A stretch of 64,000 nt of DNA from an uncultured delta proteobacterium (GCA_963769935.1 CAVYNY010000020.1:224001-288000), one strand, 5' to 3'. Positions 50,874 to 60,580 are shown, counted from the first letter of the stretch. The notes: generated by a model not told the origin, from the sequence alone. Numbers and translations: made by a program.

Positions 50874-51529
50874 ATTTTGCCGGCAGGAAACGAGAGATAG
50901 CAGCAGTCATAAAATCTCTGAGGCAAAACCGCAACGTCGTTCTGACCGGCCGATACGGAGTGGGCCGCACAAGCCTGGTTAAACACATTGCCAGGCTTCA
51001 CTCGGCAACCTGGCAATTTCTGTTTGCCGATTTTTCCAAGACGGTTGCCCGATCCTGCAACGAGATGATCGGCCAATTGGCATCCGGAGGGAGCAAGGCG
51101 CAACAACATCAATATACGCGGCTGATGTATGCAAAGGAAATTCTTATGGAGAGAAAGGCGGCCGCGGATCTGCCGCGAGTGATCGTTTTGGACAATATCG
51201 GCAAACTCTCCCATTCCAAACTTGCTTTCCTCCGCGACATGCGGCTCGACAGCGACCTTCTTTTTATCGCCGTCGCCGAAAGTTTCCTGCCGGAGGCCGA
51301 TCTGTTCCGGTTGAGAGCGACTCTGTACCCTTCGGATGTGCTGGCACTTCACAACCTTAAACGTAAGGAGACAGTCGCCTTCTTCAGAACTTTTTCTCAG
51401 AGAAAGCGACTGGGATGGAGTGAAAGTTTCATTAAGATGCTGGCGGCCTCGACAGAAGGCTACGCGCTGCTGATGAAGGAAAGAGCCCAACGAGAGGCGG
51501 GCCTTACCGCGAATGGTAAGAACCTTTAA
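50870..51529 (+). CDS. P-loop/AAA-like protein with atypical Walker A
   Basis: FAGRKRE, LTGRYGVGRT, VIVLDN; ATGA overlap. Confidence 0.75.
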   Translation: MNFAGRKREIAAVIKSLRQNRNVVLTGRYGVGRTSLVKHIARLHSATWQFLFADFSKTVARSCNEMIGQLASGGSKAQQHQYTRLMYAKEILMERKAAADLPRVIVLDNIGKLSHSKLAFLRDMRLDSDLLFIAVAESFLPEADLFRLRATLYPSDVLALHNLKRKETVAFFRTFSQRKRLGWSESFIKMLAASTEGYALLMKERAQREAGLTANGKNL

Positions 51530-52701
51530 GTGAACGCCTTGTCCCATAACATATCCAGGAATTCTTTATAGGGCAAGATCTCTATGTTGCCGACTTTTCT
51601 TCTGCGCGGTTCCATGCTGACGCATACATATCGTCGTAATATTCCTTCCTCTGCCAGCATTCGCAAGGGTTTAATATCATTGGTAGATATGTTTTTTTTC
51701 GCTTTTATTTCCAAAGCGGTATGGTCATCAATGATAAAATCCACTTCAAAGCCGGAAGTAGATCGCCAATAGCTCAACCGACTGCCGGATATATAGTCAC
51801 TGAAGCATTTCAATTCATGCATCAGGTACGTCTCAAAAGCCTCACCGAATTCAGGTGTACCGACCTTGAACTCCCGATCCTGCAACACAGATACGACGCC
51901 AATGTCAAAAAAATAATATTTCGATGAAGCCAGTGGTTTCCTTTTCTTCGATTTGCGCCAGGCCGGCAATTCATAAAGAAGCAGTGTGTCTTTAAGAATA
52001 TCAAAATACTCATAAACAGTTGTTCTGGCCACCTGAGCGTCATTGGCAACGTTGGTAAAATTGACTATCGTGGCATTACATAGTGCTGCCACATGAAGGA
52101 ATCTGCTAAATGCGGGTATATTTCGGGTTGTCCCCTCAGCAAGAATTTCCTGCTGAAGATAAGAACCCGCATAGGCTTGCAGGTCGGCACGCGGGTCATC
52201 TGAAAAATAGATGGAAGGGATTAGGCCTCGTTCTATCGCCCTGAACAGGTCGAAGTGGCCATTCAACTCCTTGTATGTCAGGGGATGCAGGTATTTGGTT
52301 CGCGCCCTCCCACCCAACAAATTGACTCCTCCCCGTCTGAGTTTGCGTGCGCTTGATCCGGTAAGCAGGAAACGAATCCCGCGTGCTTCAATGAGCCGGT
52401 GAACTTCATTTAAAAGTTCCGGCAGTCTTTGTATTTCATCGATCACAACAATCCGGTCATTCGGTTGTATTTCTTCGGAAATACGCCCCGGATGACGACT
52501 TAGCGTCAGATAAATCTCCGAGTCGAGAAGATCATAGACGCGTGAATTCTCCAGTTTATGTCGAATTAAAAATGTTTTGCCTGTCTGGCGAGGTCCGAGC
52601 AGGAAATGCGACTTCTGGGCCAATAATGCATTTAAATCGACCAATCTTTCTATGTATGTAATGTTATCACTCATGGCATTTAATGACATATTATTCGTCA
52701 A
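51526..52701 (-). CDS. AAA_14 ATPase with DUF4143 domain
   Basis: GPRQTGKT, IDEIQ, LTGSS, KYYFFDIG, EVDF, EIK. Confidence 0.9.
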   Translation of the reverse strand: MTNNMSLNAMSDNITYIERLVDLNALLAQKSHFLLGPRQTGKTFLIRHKLENSRVYDLLDSEIYLTLSRHPGRISEEIQPNDRIVVIDEIQRLPELLNEVHRLIEARGIRFLLTGSSARKLRRGGVNLLGGRARTKYLHPLTYKELNGHFDLFRAIERGLIPSIYFSDDPRADLQAYAGSYLQQEILAEGTTRNIPAFSRFLHVAALCNATIVNFTNVANDAQVARTTVYEYFDILKDTLLLYELPAWRKSKKRKPLASSKYYFFDIGVVSVLQDREFKVGTPEFGEAFETYLMHELKCFSDYISGSRLSYWRSTSGFEVDFIIDDHTALEIKAKKNISTNDIKPLRMLAEEGILRRYVCVSMEPRRRKVGNIEILPYKEFLDMLWDKAFT

Positions 52702-52797
52702 ATTTCATGACATATGACGAAATGTATGTCAATCATTATTACCCCCAATGGTCATTCTACCTTGAGTGTTTTATTTTTCAGGCGGACTAATAAACAT

Positions 52798-53574
52798 TTA
52801 GCCTAGTAAACGCCGCTGGATATCTCTTATGGTCATTATTTTTAAACCCGCATCATCTGCTAATTCAACCGTCCGCGCCAGGCGTCCGGATGCCGCGCGC
52901 CCCTTGCATTTGTGGGCCGGATCACCCTTGACCCCCTCCAGGAAGCCCTCAATCAGCCGATCACGGGCAAAGCTGGCGCCGGTTAAAAATTCCTGAATAT
53001 CAATAATCTCGTTTGCGATATCGCGGGCCAATTTCTGATGCTTTTGCCACAGTATCGATGTCGTAGTCCCTTCTTCCAGCACCAGACCGGCGATGTTGAT
53101 GGTAAACACAAATACATTTTTCAGCACCAATTCAAAAACCAGCTCATCTTTTGCGGCTAGAACTTTACAGGGAATATCGATTGTTGCCAGTGATTCGGCA
53201 ATAATTGCGGCATTGGGGCCATACACCGGTGAAGGCAGCAGCACATGATAGTCCATGCCTTTTTTTTTCTCGAACCAGACCGAAATAACGGTTGGGTTTG
53301 CGATGTCGTGCTTCTCCCAGTCGCGGGGCAGCAACTCGTTCTGCAGCAGGCCGAGACAGCTGCGCCATCGATCCGGGATGGTATCCATTACCGGGTGAAA
53401 ATCTTTTTCGGCAACCGCAACCAGCACAAGTTGAGGGGCCGGCAATTGATCCGCGACTTCAATCATATTCATGGCGCGGGTGACGGGATACACCGGATGA
53501 CCGCTTCGCAAAGATGCTTTGGCGAAGACGCCGCCGAGTTCGCCGATTCCAATGATGACGATGGGTGGGTTCAT
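52798..53574 (-). CDS. Rossmann-fold protein, ketopantoate-reductase-like
   Basis: IVIIGIGELG, LLQNE, K(N)V..IN. Confidence 0.7.
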   Translation of the reverse strand: MNPPIVIIGIGELGGVFAKASLRSGHPVYPVTRAMNMIEVADQLPAPQLVLVAVAEKDFHPVMDTIPDRWRSCLGLLQNELLPRDWEKHDIANPTVISVWFEKKKGMDYHVLLPSPVYGPNAAIIAESLATIDIPCKVLAAKDELVFELVLKNVFVFTINIAGLVLEEGTTTSILWQKHQKLARDIANEIIDIQEFLTGASFARDRLIEGFLEGVKGDPAHKCKGRAASGRLARTVELADDAGLKIMTIRDIQRRLLG

Positions 53575-53757
53575 TTTCAGCTTTCTGGTTTGTTATGGGA
53601 CACCCCGCTGAAATAGGTTTCTTCGCATTTCACTGGGCAGGCCGATTTGCGCAGATTTTCACTGTTCCCATTTTATTCTCGATCCGAACGGGGCTGAATA
53701 TAGTTATTGCGGCGCCTGTGTGTCAAATTAAAAAATGATTCCGGTTACAAAGAAAGC

Positions 53758-53920
53758 CTAAGGGTTCACGAAAAAATTAATTCACAGTTTTGGCGTTGCG
53801 GCGCTCTTCCGGCAAGGCGCGAAAACACAGGAATATCTGGATATTCCGAGCTTTCGCAACGCAGCCGGAAGAGATGCCTCGGCGTATAAAATGTAAAGTT
53901 ATTTTTGAGTGAGCCCTAAG
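53758..53920. mobile_element. ~160-bp palindromic MITE-like element
   Basis: ctaagggttcacgaaaaaattaattcacagttt / aaaatgtaaagttatttttgagtgagccctaag; inner ctcttccggc / gccggaagag and ggaatatc / gatattcc. Confidence 0.7.
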
Positions 53921-53940
53921 TTAATATGAGATAAATTTTA

Positions 53941-53995
53941 GTGGAAGCGGCCTGCAGTCGCGCTATTTGATTTCGCGGCTGCAAGCCGCTCCCAC
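53941..53995. repeat. REP-like palindrome
   Basis: gtggaagcggcctgcagtcgcg...cgcggctgcaagccgctcccac. Confidence 0.65.
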
Positions 53996-54077
53996 AATCC
54001 TTTTACTTGCTCTTTCTATATAACCAGAAAAATGATAATAGCCCAAATGATCGTAAATAAAATGGGGATCAACTGAT

Positions 54078-54740
54078 ATGTTGATCTGGGACGATATGTT
54101 GGCTCAGGCCGCTGAACTTAAATTTGAGCACGTTCCGAGCGATCATCCCCTGTGGGTCGTTTATTCTTCCGGAACCACCGGACTGCCGAAAGCCCTTGTG
54201 CATGGGCACGGCGGTATTCTGATTGAGTTCATGAAGTTTTCGAAACGGGTCAAAAGCGATGTTTTGCTGGGCTCTACCAGCGGCGGCACAGATCCGTGCA
54301 CCGGATTTCTAGGCAGCTGCCCCCTGCTGCCGGTAAGGGCCGGCGAGCTTCAATGCCGCTGCCTGGGCGTCAATGCCCGGGCCTTTGATGAAAACGGAAA
54401 CTCGCTTACCGACCAGGTCGGCGAGCTGGTCATTACCGAGCCCATGCCGTCCATGCCGCTTTGCCTCTGGAACGATCCTGCCAACAAACGCTACCATGAG
54501 AGTTATTTTGAAATGTATCCCGGCGTTTGGCGCCACGGGGATTGGGTAAAATTCACCTCCGGCGGCAGCGGCGTGATTCTCGGCCGGTCCGATTCAACCA
54601 TCAACCGATTGGGCGTTCGGATGGGCAGCAGTGAAATCTACGCGGTGCTGGGGGACCTGCCGGAGGTTGTCGGATTTGAAACCGCATTGTATCCGCTTTT
54701 ACCCTATTTGCTTGACAGTCCTGCCGGTAAATATTATTAA
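54078..54740 (+). pseudogene. Acetoacetate-CoA ligase remnant (N-, internally and C-truncated)
   Basis: YSSGTTGLPK..VHGHGG joined directly to SGGTD; PMPSMP, VWRHGDW, GRSDSTINR.GVRMG; only 220 aa. Confidence 0.8.
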
Positions 54741-54876
54741 TCAAAATCAACTATCTGATATTTGTGCGATTTTCGATCGGCGCACCGATGATTGGGAATC
54801 TGTAAAAAAGCCTGCTTTTTCTCTTCCTTTGCGGGCCGCCGCTTCAACCGCCTGCGCAGATTCTGAGGAATATCAA

Positions 54877-55479
54877 ATGGAGTCATTGATTGCCTGCCAT
54901 GAATGCGATTTGATTCACCGCGTCAAGCCGCTGCCTAAGAAAGGGGTCGCCAGCTGCATCCGCTGCGGATCCGTGCTTTACCGCCATAAACCCGACAGTT
55001 TGGAGCGCACGGTGTCGCTGTCGCTGGCCGGCTTGATATTGTTTCTGCTGGCCAACTGGTTCCCGTTTCTGGCCTTGAAGATGGGAAGCCAGGTTCATCA
55101 AACCAACCTGATTACGGGGATACAGGTTCTCTACACCCAGGGTATGCAGCCGGTTGCGATTCTGGTGTTTTGCACCACGATTCTGGCTCCCTTGACCCAA
55201 TTACTCGGCCTGCTGTATGTGCTTCTGCCCTTGCGGCATCGGCGCATACCTCCAAAATTTGCGCTGGTGTTTCGATTTGTGCGCAGCGTTCAACCCTGGA
55301 GCATGATGGAGGTTTTCATGGTGGGGATTCTGGTATCCGTCGTCAAGCTGGCCAAAATGGCCCAGATTGTGCCGGGCATCGCCATTTTTTCATTTTTTTG
55401 CCTTATCCTGGTGCTGGCCGCTGCGACGGTTTCGCTGGACCCGCACGAAATCTGGGAAAGATGGGAGAAGCTGCGATGA
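54877..55479 (+). CDS. pqiA: Paraquat-inducible protein A (N-terminal type)
   Basis: CHECD, CIRCG, PWSMMEVF. Confidence 0.9.
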   Translation: MESLIACHECDLIHRVKPLPKKGVASCIRCGSVLYRHKPDSLERTVSLSLAGLILFLLANWFPFLALKMGSQVHQTNLITGIQVLYTQGMQPVAILVFCTTILAPLTQLLGLLYVLLPLRHRRIPPKFALVFRFVRSVQPWSMMEVFMVGILVSVVKLAKMAQIVPGIAIFSFFCLILVLAAATVSLDPHEIWERWEKLR

Positions 55480-56114
55480 ATTCCCTGCCCCTCACCGCGC
55501 GCAATGCATCCCGGATCAGCTGCCACAGCTGCCATCTGCTTTGCCGGGTCGGCTCTCCTTCAGCAGACGGGGTATTGATTTGTCCCCGTTGCGGAGCGAA
55601 GATGCATCAGCGCAAGCCCAACAGCCTGAAGCGAACGTGGGCGCTGGTCCTGGCGGCTGCCATTTTCTATATTCCTGCCAACCTGCTGCCCATTACCGTC
55701 GTCATATCCCTGGGCAAGGCTCAGGCGGATACGATCATGAGCGGTGTCATCTATTTTATTCACACCGGGATGTGGCCGATTGCGCTGGTCATTTTCGTGG
55801 CCAGCATTCTGGTGCCGGTGTTGAAGCTGATCATTCTGACGTTTCTGCTGATTACCGTGCAGCGGAAATCCGCCTGGCGGCCCAAAGACCGCACGCGGCT
55901 TTATCGGATCACCGAGGCGGTCGGCCGCTGGTCCATGACTGACATATATGTGGTCACGATTCTGGTGGCGCTTGTCAATTTAGGCAACCTGGCAACCATC
56001 CACGCCGGCCCGGGCGCGGCATTTTTTGCCGCGGTGGTCGTGATCACCATGTTTGCCGCCATGAGCTTTGACCCCCGACTGATATGGGATGCAAAGGAGA
56101 CCCTTGATGAGTGA
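55476..56114 (+). CDS. pqiA: Paraquat-inducible protein A (C-terminal type)
   Basis: CPRCG, YIPAN, DTIMSGV, GRWSM.D, FDPRLIWD. Confidence 0.9.
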   Translation: MNSLPLTARNASRISCHSCHLLCRVGSPSADGVLICPRCGAKMHQRKPNSLKRTWALVLAAAIFYIPANLLPITVVISLGKAQADTIMSGVIYFIHTGMWPIALVIFVASILVPVLKLIILTFLLITVQRKSAWRPKDRTRLYRITEAVGRWSMTDIYVVTILVALVNLGNLATIHAGPGAAFFAAVVVITMFAAMSFDPRLIWDAKETLDE

Positions 56115-57861
56115 AGAAGAAACGCGCAGCAACGAGGTTGACGAACTGCCCGATGCCGTTGTCTCAACCCGCCGGCGCCAGATTTCCATCGTATGGGTCG
56201 TCCCGCTGGTAGCCCTTCTCATCGGCGCCTGGCTGGTTTATAAGGCCGTATCGGAAAAAGGTCCGACCGTGACCATTGTATTTAAATCCGCCGAAGGGCT
56301 CGAAGCCGGCAAGACCAAGATCAAATTCAAGGACGTGGAACTCGGGCAGGTGTCGGAAATCAACCTCAGCCCGGACCTTTCCCATGTGGTGGTGACGGCG
56401 GCGCTCGTCAAGCAGGCCGATAACTTTTTGTCGGCCAACACCCGTTTCTGGGTGGTGCGCGCGCGAGTGGCCGCCGGCCAGGTTTCGGGCCTCGGCACGC
56501 TTTTTTCGGGCGCCTACATCGGCCTCGATCCCGGCCAACCGGGACCGATGGCCACCCACTTCGAAGGCCTGGAAATTCCGCCGCTGGTGACCACTGGTTT
56601 GCCCGGCCGGCGATTCGTTCTGGAGGCCTCCCGGCTGGGCTCGCTGGACATCGGGGCCCCGGTTTATTACCGGCAGATCAAGGTCGGCCAGGTGGTCGGA
56701 TACAACTTAAAAGAGGACGGCCAGGCGGTGGACGTTAAAATTTTCATCAATACGCCGATTGACAAGCTTGTGCACAAAAACACCCGGTTCTGGAATGCCA
56801 GTGGGCTGGATGTTGCGGTTGATGCGAATGGGATCCGGGTGAACACCGAATCCCTTGTGACCATTTTGATCGGCGGTATTGCCTTCGACACGCCGGTTAG
56901 CCTGGAGCCCGGCGGCCCAGCCAAGCCGGACGAAGTCTTTAAACTTTATGAAACCCATGAAAAAATCTACGAGAAAACCTATGCTGAAAAAACCCGCTGG
57001 CTGCTTCACTTCAAAGGCTCGGTCAGGGGGCTGACGGTGGGATCGCCGGTTGAATTTCGTGGCATCCATATCGGTCAGGTGCTGGACATCAACCTGGAGT
57101 ATAATGCTGAAGAGAAGTCTTTTCAAATCCCGGTCCTGGTCGAAATCGAGCCCGAAAGAATCAAAGTCATCGGTGATAGGGACTTGAGCGATCAAAAAAA
57201 AATGGACGAGTATCTCGTGGAGCAGGGGTTGCGGGCCCAGCTCAAAACCGGCAGTCTGATTACCGGACAGCTATTAGTGGAGCTTGATTTTCATCCGGAG
57301 GCACCGCCGGCCAAAATAAACTGGGAAGGCCGCTACCCGCAGATGCCAACCGTGCCGGCGCCTTTGGAAGAAATTACGACCAGTTTAACCCAGCTGTTAA
57401 ATAAATTTGAAAAGCTGCCCATCGAGCAGATCGGCAGCGACTTGCGGGATACGGTTCAGGGCGCCAAGCAGCTGGTGGCCTCAGCCGAATTGCAGGAAGC
57501 CGTTGCGGCCTTGAACCAAACCCTCAAGCAGGCGCAGCAATTTGCCGCCGCATTAAACCAGGTGGTTGCGCCCGACTTAAAATCTGCGGTTTCCAACTTG
57601 AATGAGACCCTCAAGCGCACCCGGATGCTGGCCCAGAACTTCGATGCCAGTGTCGTGCCGGAACTGGGAGCCACCCTGCAGGAAGCTCAGTCCACTTTGA
57701 AATCCATTAACGGTACCGTCAGCAAAGATTCACAGCTTTATTTTGAATTGCTGCGCGTTTTCAAGGAGCTTACCGAGGCCGCGCGTTCCATCCGCGTGAT
57801 GGCCGATTATCTCGAGCGACACCCGGATGCTCTGATCTATGGGAAAGGGAAAAGACCATGA
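56107..57861 (+). CDS. pqiB: MCE-domain intermembrane transport protein
   Basis: WVVPLVAL, AEGLEAGKT, TRFW, three MCE domains, LERHPDALIYGK. Confidence 0.92.
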   Translation: MSEEETRSNEVDELPDAVVSTRRRQISIVWVVPLVALLIGAWLVYKAVSEKGPTVTIVFKSAEGLEAGKTKIKFKDVELGQVSEINLSPDLSHVVVTAALVKQADNFLSANTRFWVVRARVAAGQVSGLGTLFSGAYIGLDPGQPGPMATHFEGLEIPPLVTTGLPGRRFVLEASRLGSLDIGAPVYYRQIKVGQVVGYNLKEDGQAVDVKIFINTPIDKLVHKNTRFWNASGLDVAVDANGIRVNTESLVTILIGGIAFDTPVSLEPGGPAKPDEVFKLYETHEKIYEKTYAEKTRWLLHFKGSVRGLTVGSPVEFRGIHIGQVLDINLEYNAEEKSFQIPVLVEIEPERIKVIGDRDLSDQKKMDEYLVEQGLRAQLKTGSLITGQLLVELDFHPEAPPAKINWEGRYPQMPTVPAPLEEITTSLTQLLNKFEKLPIEQIGSDLRDTVQGAKQLVASAELQEAVAALNQTLKQAQQFAAALNQVVAPDLKSAVSNLNETLKRTRMLAQNFDASVVPELGATLQEAQSTLKSINGTVSKDSQLYFELLRVFKELTEAARSIRVMADYLERHPDALIYGKGKRP

Positions 57862-58481
57862 TGACCAAAGCCTGCCTTTCAAAAATCGGCCTTGCTACAT
57901 GTATGGCCATTTTTATCCTGACCGGATGCCGCAGCGCCACATCCCCGATTGAATTTTACGCCTTAACGCCGCTAATCGGTGCGCCGGAGGCCGATAAGGC
58001 GGCCGGCCTGGGGGATGGCGTTGCGGTGGGTGTCGGCCCCCTGCAGATGCCCAAAATTATCGACAGGCCGCAAATCGTCTCCCGTACGGGCCTCAATAGA
58101 ATCAATGTCGACGAATTCCACCGCTGGGCGGGTTCGATTTATGAGGATTTTCTGACAGTTTTGGCCCAGAATCTTTCCTCGCTGCTACAAAGCAACCTCG
58201 TGGCGGCTTATCCGTGGGAGGAATACTTTGATCCGGATTATCGAGTTTATATGGAAGTTAATCAATTTGACGGCCGGCTCGGAGAATATGCCCTATTGAA
58301 CGTCACCTGGACGATAACCGGCCGGCAACCCGGCGATGTCCTGCGGGTGCGAAATTCTGTGATCAAAGAAGCCGTGCAGTCAGCGGACTATGAAGACTTT
58401 GTGGCGGCCGAGAGCCGGATTCTGGCAGCTCTGAGTCGAGAGATGGCGCGCGAAATTATGGAGATACACGCGGGTAAGTAA
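57858..58481 (+). CDS. pqiC: PqiC-family lipoprotein
   Basis: LTGC lipobox, VGP...P..IDRPQIV, HRWA. Confidence 0.88.
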   Translation: MMTKACLSKIGLATCMAIFILTGCRSATSPIEFYALTPLIGAPEADKAAGLGDGVAVGVGPLQMPKIIDRPQIVSRTGLNRINVDEFHRWAGSIYEDFLTVLAQNLSSLLQSNLVAAYPWEEYFDPDYRVYMEVNQFDGRLGEYALLNVTWTITGRQPGDVLRVRNSVIKEAVQSADYEDFVAAESRILAALSREMAREIMEIHAGK

Positions 58482-58662
58482 CAGGTTCAGCGTTTAGGGG
58501 TTCAAGTGTCTCACCGCTGAGAACGCAGAGAGCGCGGAGATTAATTAAACTTTTCTTTCTCGGGGTTCTCTGCGTTGAACTACTATGTTTCTTATTTGAT
58601 CAGATCGGCCGTTGTTTTGGCCGGCGGTCCGCCTGAGGCGGAACACCTGAAACCCGAAACCT
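58482..58662. repeat. Composite intergenic inverted-repeat element
   Basis: ggttcag/ggttcaa vs cacctgaaacccgaaacc outer arms; aacgcagagagcgcggaga vs tctcggggttctctgcgtt inner arms. Confidence 0.55.
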
Positions 58663-58734
58663 TTTATCTTTTATTAGGTTCCCGGCTGTCGAGCCTCCCA
58701 GTTTTTCAGTCTCCCGGCATTTTTTTGCCGAGGC

Positions 58735-59791
58735 TTAATTACCTCCAAATTCTTCCACCGCTTCAATGAAGGCGACGATGTTTGCGAAGGGCGCAAAATC
58801 AATGTCGTAGGCCGGCGCCAGCAGCAGGCCCTCCGGTCCTAAGGTTTGGATGCGGCGCCGCACTTCAGAGCGGATCTGATCCGGCGTGCCCCAGTCCCAC
58901 AGGCGCGCACTGCCCACCGTCCCCCATATCGCCAGCCGGTTACCGAATTCCCGTTTGATGGACGGCAGCATCCATGCAGTCCGGCTGCACGGGATTGATG
59001 ACATTAACGCCGATCTCCACCAGGTCGGGTATCAGGCGGGTAAAGTTGCCGTCGCAATGATAAAAGATCAACAAGTCGGGTGATTCTTCCCGGGCGATAT
59101 TGATAACCCGGGCCAACCGGTCTTTAAAATGCCGTCGCCAGGCGGCCGGACCGATCATCAAGCCGGTCGGCATGGCCACGTCATCATCCAGCAGCAGAAT
59201 GTCGACCCCGGCGCGGGCTAAAATGAGGGCGTTTTCAATCAGCATCGATGTCAGCTGGTCAAGCAGATAGTCAGCCAGTTCAGGGCGGTCCACCAGGTCG
59301 ATCATGAAATTTTCAAATCCCCGCAGGCGCCAGGCGGCTTCAAACAGTTCGCCGCCCAAATGGGGCGGCGAACCGGCCACGGCAAACCCCCGGGCATGCC
59401 AGCGCCGCACCTTTTTGGCGAGTCCGGCATGGCGGGACGGATTCGAGAGATTCGGCAGGACATATCTGGCCAGTTCCTTTAGCGAGCGGATGCTGCTGAG
59501 CGGGCGGGCGGCTCCCCTTTCCGGGTGATATTGCCATTCATGGTAGGTGCGAAGCTGAGCCGGGCTGCCCACATGGATGTCCTGCGGGCAGAGCGATCCA
59601 GATAGCGCCGGAAAGTCATCCTGGTTGTTGGGTGGGTCGAATTCGCGTAGCGGATGTCCAGATGTGAAATAATCTTCGGGAGCCGCCGGTGCGATGGCCG
59701 CCAGCGACTGGTCAAAAAATCCCAGCGCTTTCGGGATGCGGTCGGGTTTGCGGCAGAGCAGCGCCTCTCTCACACGTTCGCGGGCATTCAA
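58735..59791 (-). pseudogene. Uroporphyrinogen decarboxylase / MtaA-CmuA-family protein, frameshifted near 58970
   Basis: MNARERV..AL....PDRIP, LRGFENF, DDVA, YHCDG, INPVQP; C-terminus WGTV...GTP..IR.EV...LAPA in ORF 58735-59004. Confidence 0.85.
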
Positions 59792-59903
59792 AGATACCTC
59801 CCTGGGGGATGGAGATTAATCCCGTGACTGTTGACATATGGATCAAATGTTTCTTATATTGTACTTTTAATTGGAAATGTAAAGAGGAAAGGAGAGCAGA
59901 ATA

Positions 59904-60266
59904 ATGGCGCAAAATATAATGGAAATTGATGACAGCAGCTTTGAGTCCCGGGTGCTGCAGGCGGACAAACCGGTCCTGGTCGACTTTTGGGCTCCCTGGT
60001 GCGGGCCCTGCAAAGTCGTGGGTCCTATGATTGAAAAATTGGCCGAAAGTTACGGCGACCAGATCCTGTTTGCCAAATGCAACGCTGACGACAGCCAGGC
60101 AACTGCTGCAAAATACGGCATTAAATCCATTCCGACCCTTATGTTTTTCAAAGACGGCAGCGTCTGCGATAAAATAACCGGTTCGACAAATCAGGCCAAA
60201 ATCGAGGACGTGCTCAAAAAAATCCTGGCGGGTGAGCAAGGGGCATCACCGTTTATTGTACAATAG
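59904..60266 (+). CDS. trxA: Thioredoxin
   Basis: VDFWAPWCGPCK, IPTL. Confidence 0.95.
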   Translation: MAQNIMEIDDSSFESRVLQADKPVLVDFWAPWCGPCKVVGPMIEKLAESYGDQILFAKCNADDSQATAAKYGIKSIPTLMFFKDGSVCDKITGSTNQAKIEDVLKKILAGEQGASPFIVQ

Positions 60267-60430
60267 GTTGTGCGCCTGCCGTTCCGCCGCCCTTCCCGGC
60301 TTGCCACGGGCGGATACAGTGATTAAGATAAATCTAATGATAAGGAGGTCAGAAAAATTTCGCTGACTCAACCCTTCCTGATTTAAATCCGAGGGCGTCA
60401 ACAATCTGTCCCGGAGGAAAGGAGGATATC

Positions 60431-60580
60431 ATGAAAAATAGCAATAAAGAGATCCGCAAACCGGATTACGGATGCGATAGTCGATGTGTACTTGAATATG
60501 TCGAATGCGTTGACCAAGAAGACGGGGCATCCATCTGCAAGACCCGCGAGCGAAACTGTCTCGGTGAATGTCCATTATAA
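60431..60580 (+). CDS. 49-aa six-cysteine microprotein (not in the ORF track)
   Basis: AAGGAGG-atatc-ATG; MKNSNKEIRKPDYGCDSRCVLEYVECVDQEDGASICKTRERNCLGECPL. Confidence 0.75.
   Translation: MKNSNKEIRKPDYGCDSRCVLEYVECVDQEDGASICKTRERNCLGECPL

Noticed and set aside
59803..59830. GGGGGATGGAG resembling a fourth fluoride riboswitch
   Set aside because: Lacks the TCCCC pairing strand, AACCGC and GCTGATGACTCC; it overlaps the RBS region of the minus-strand gene
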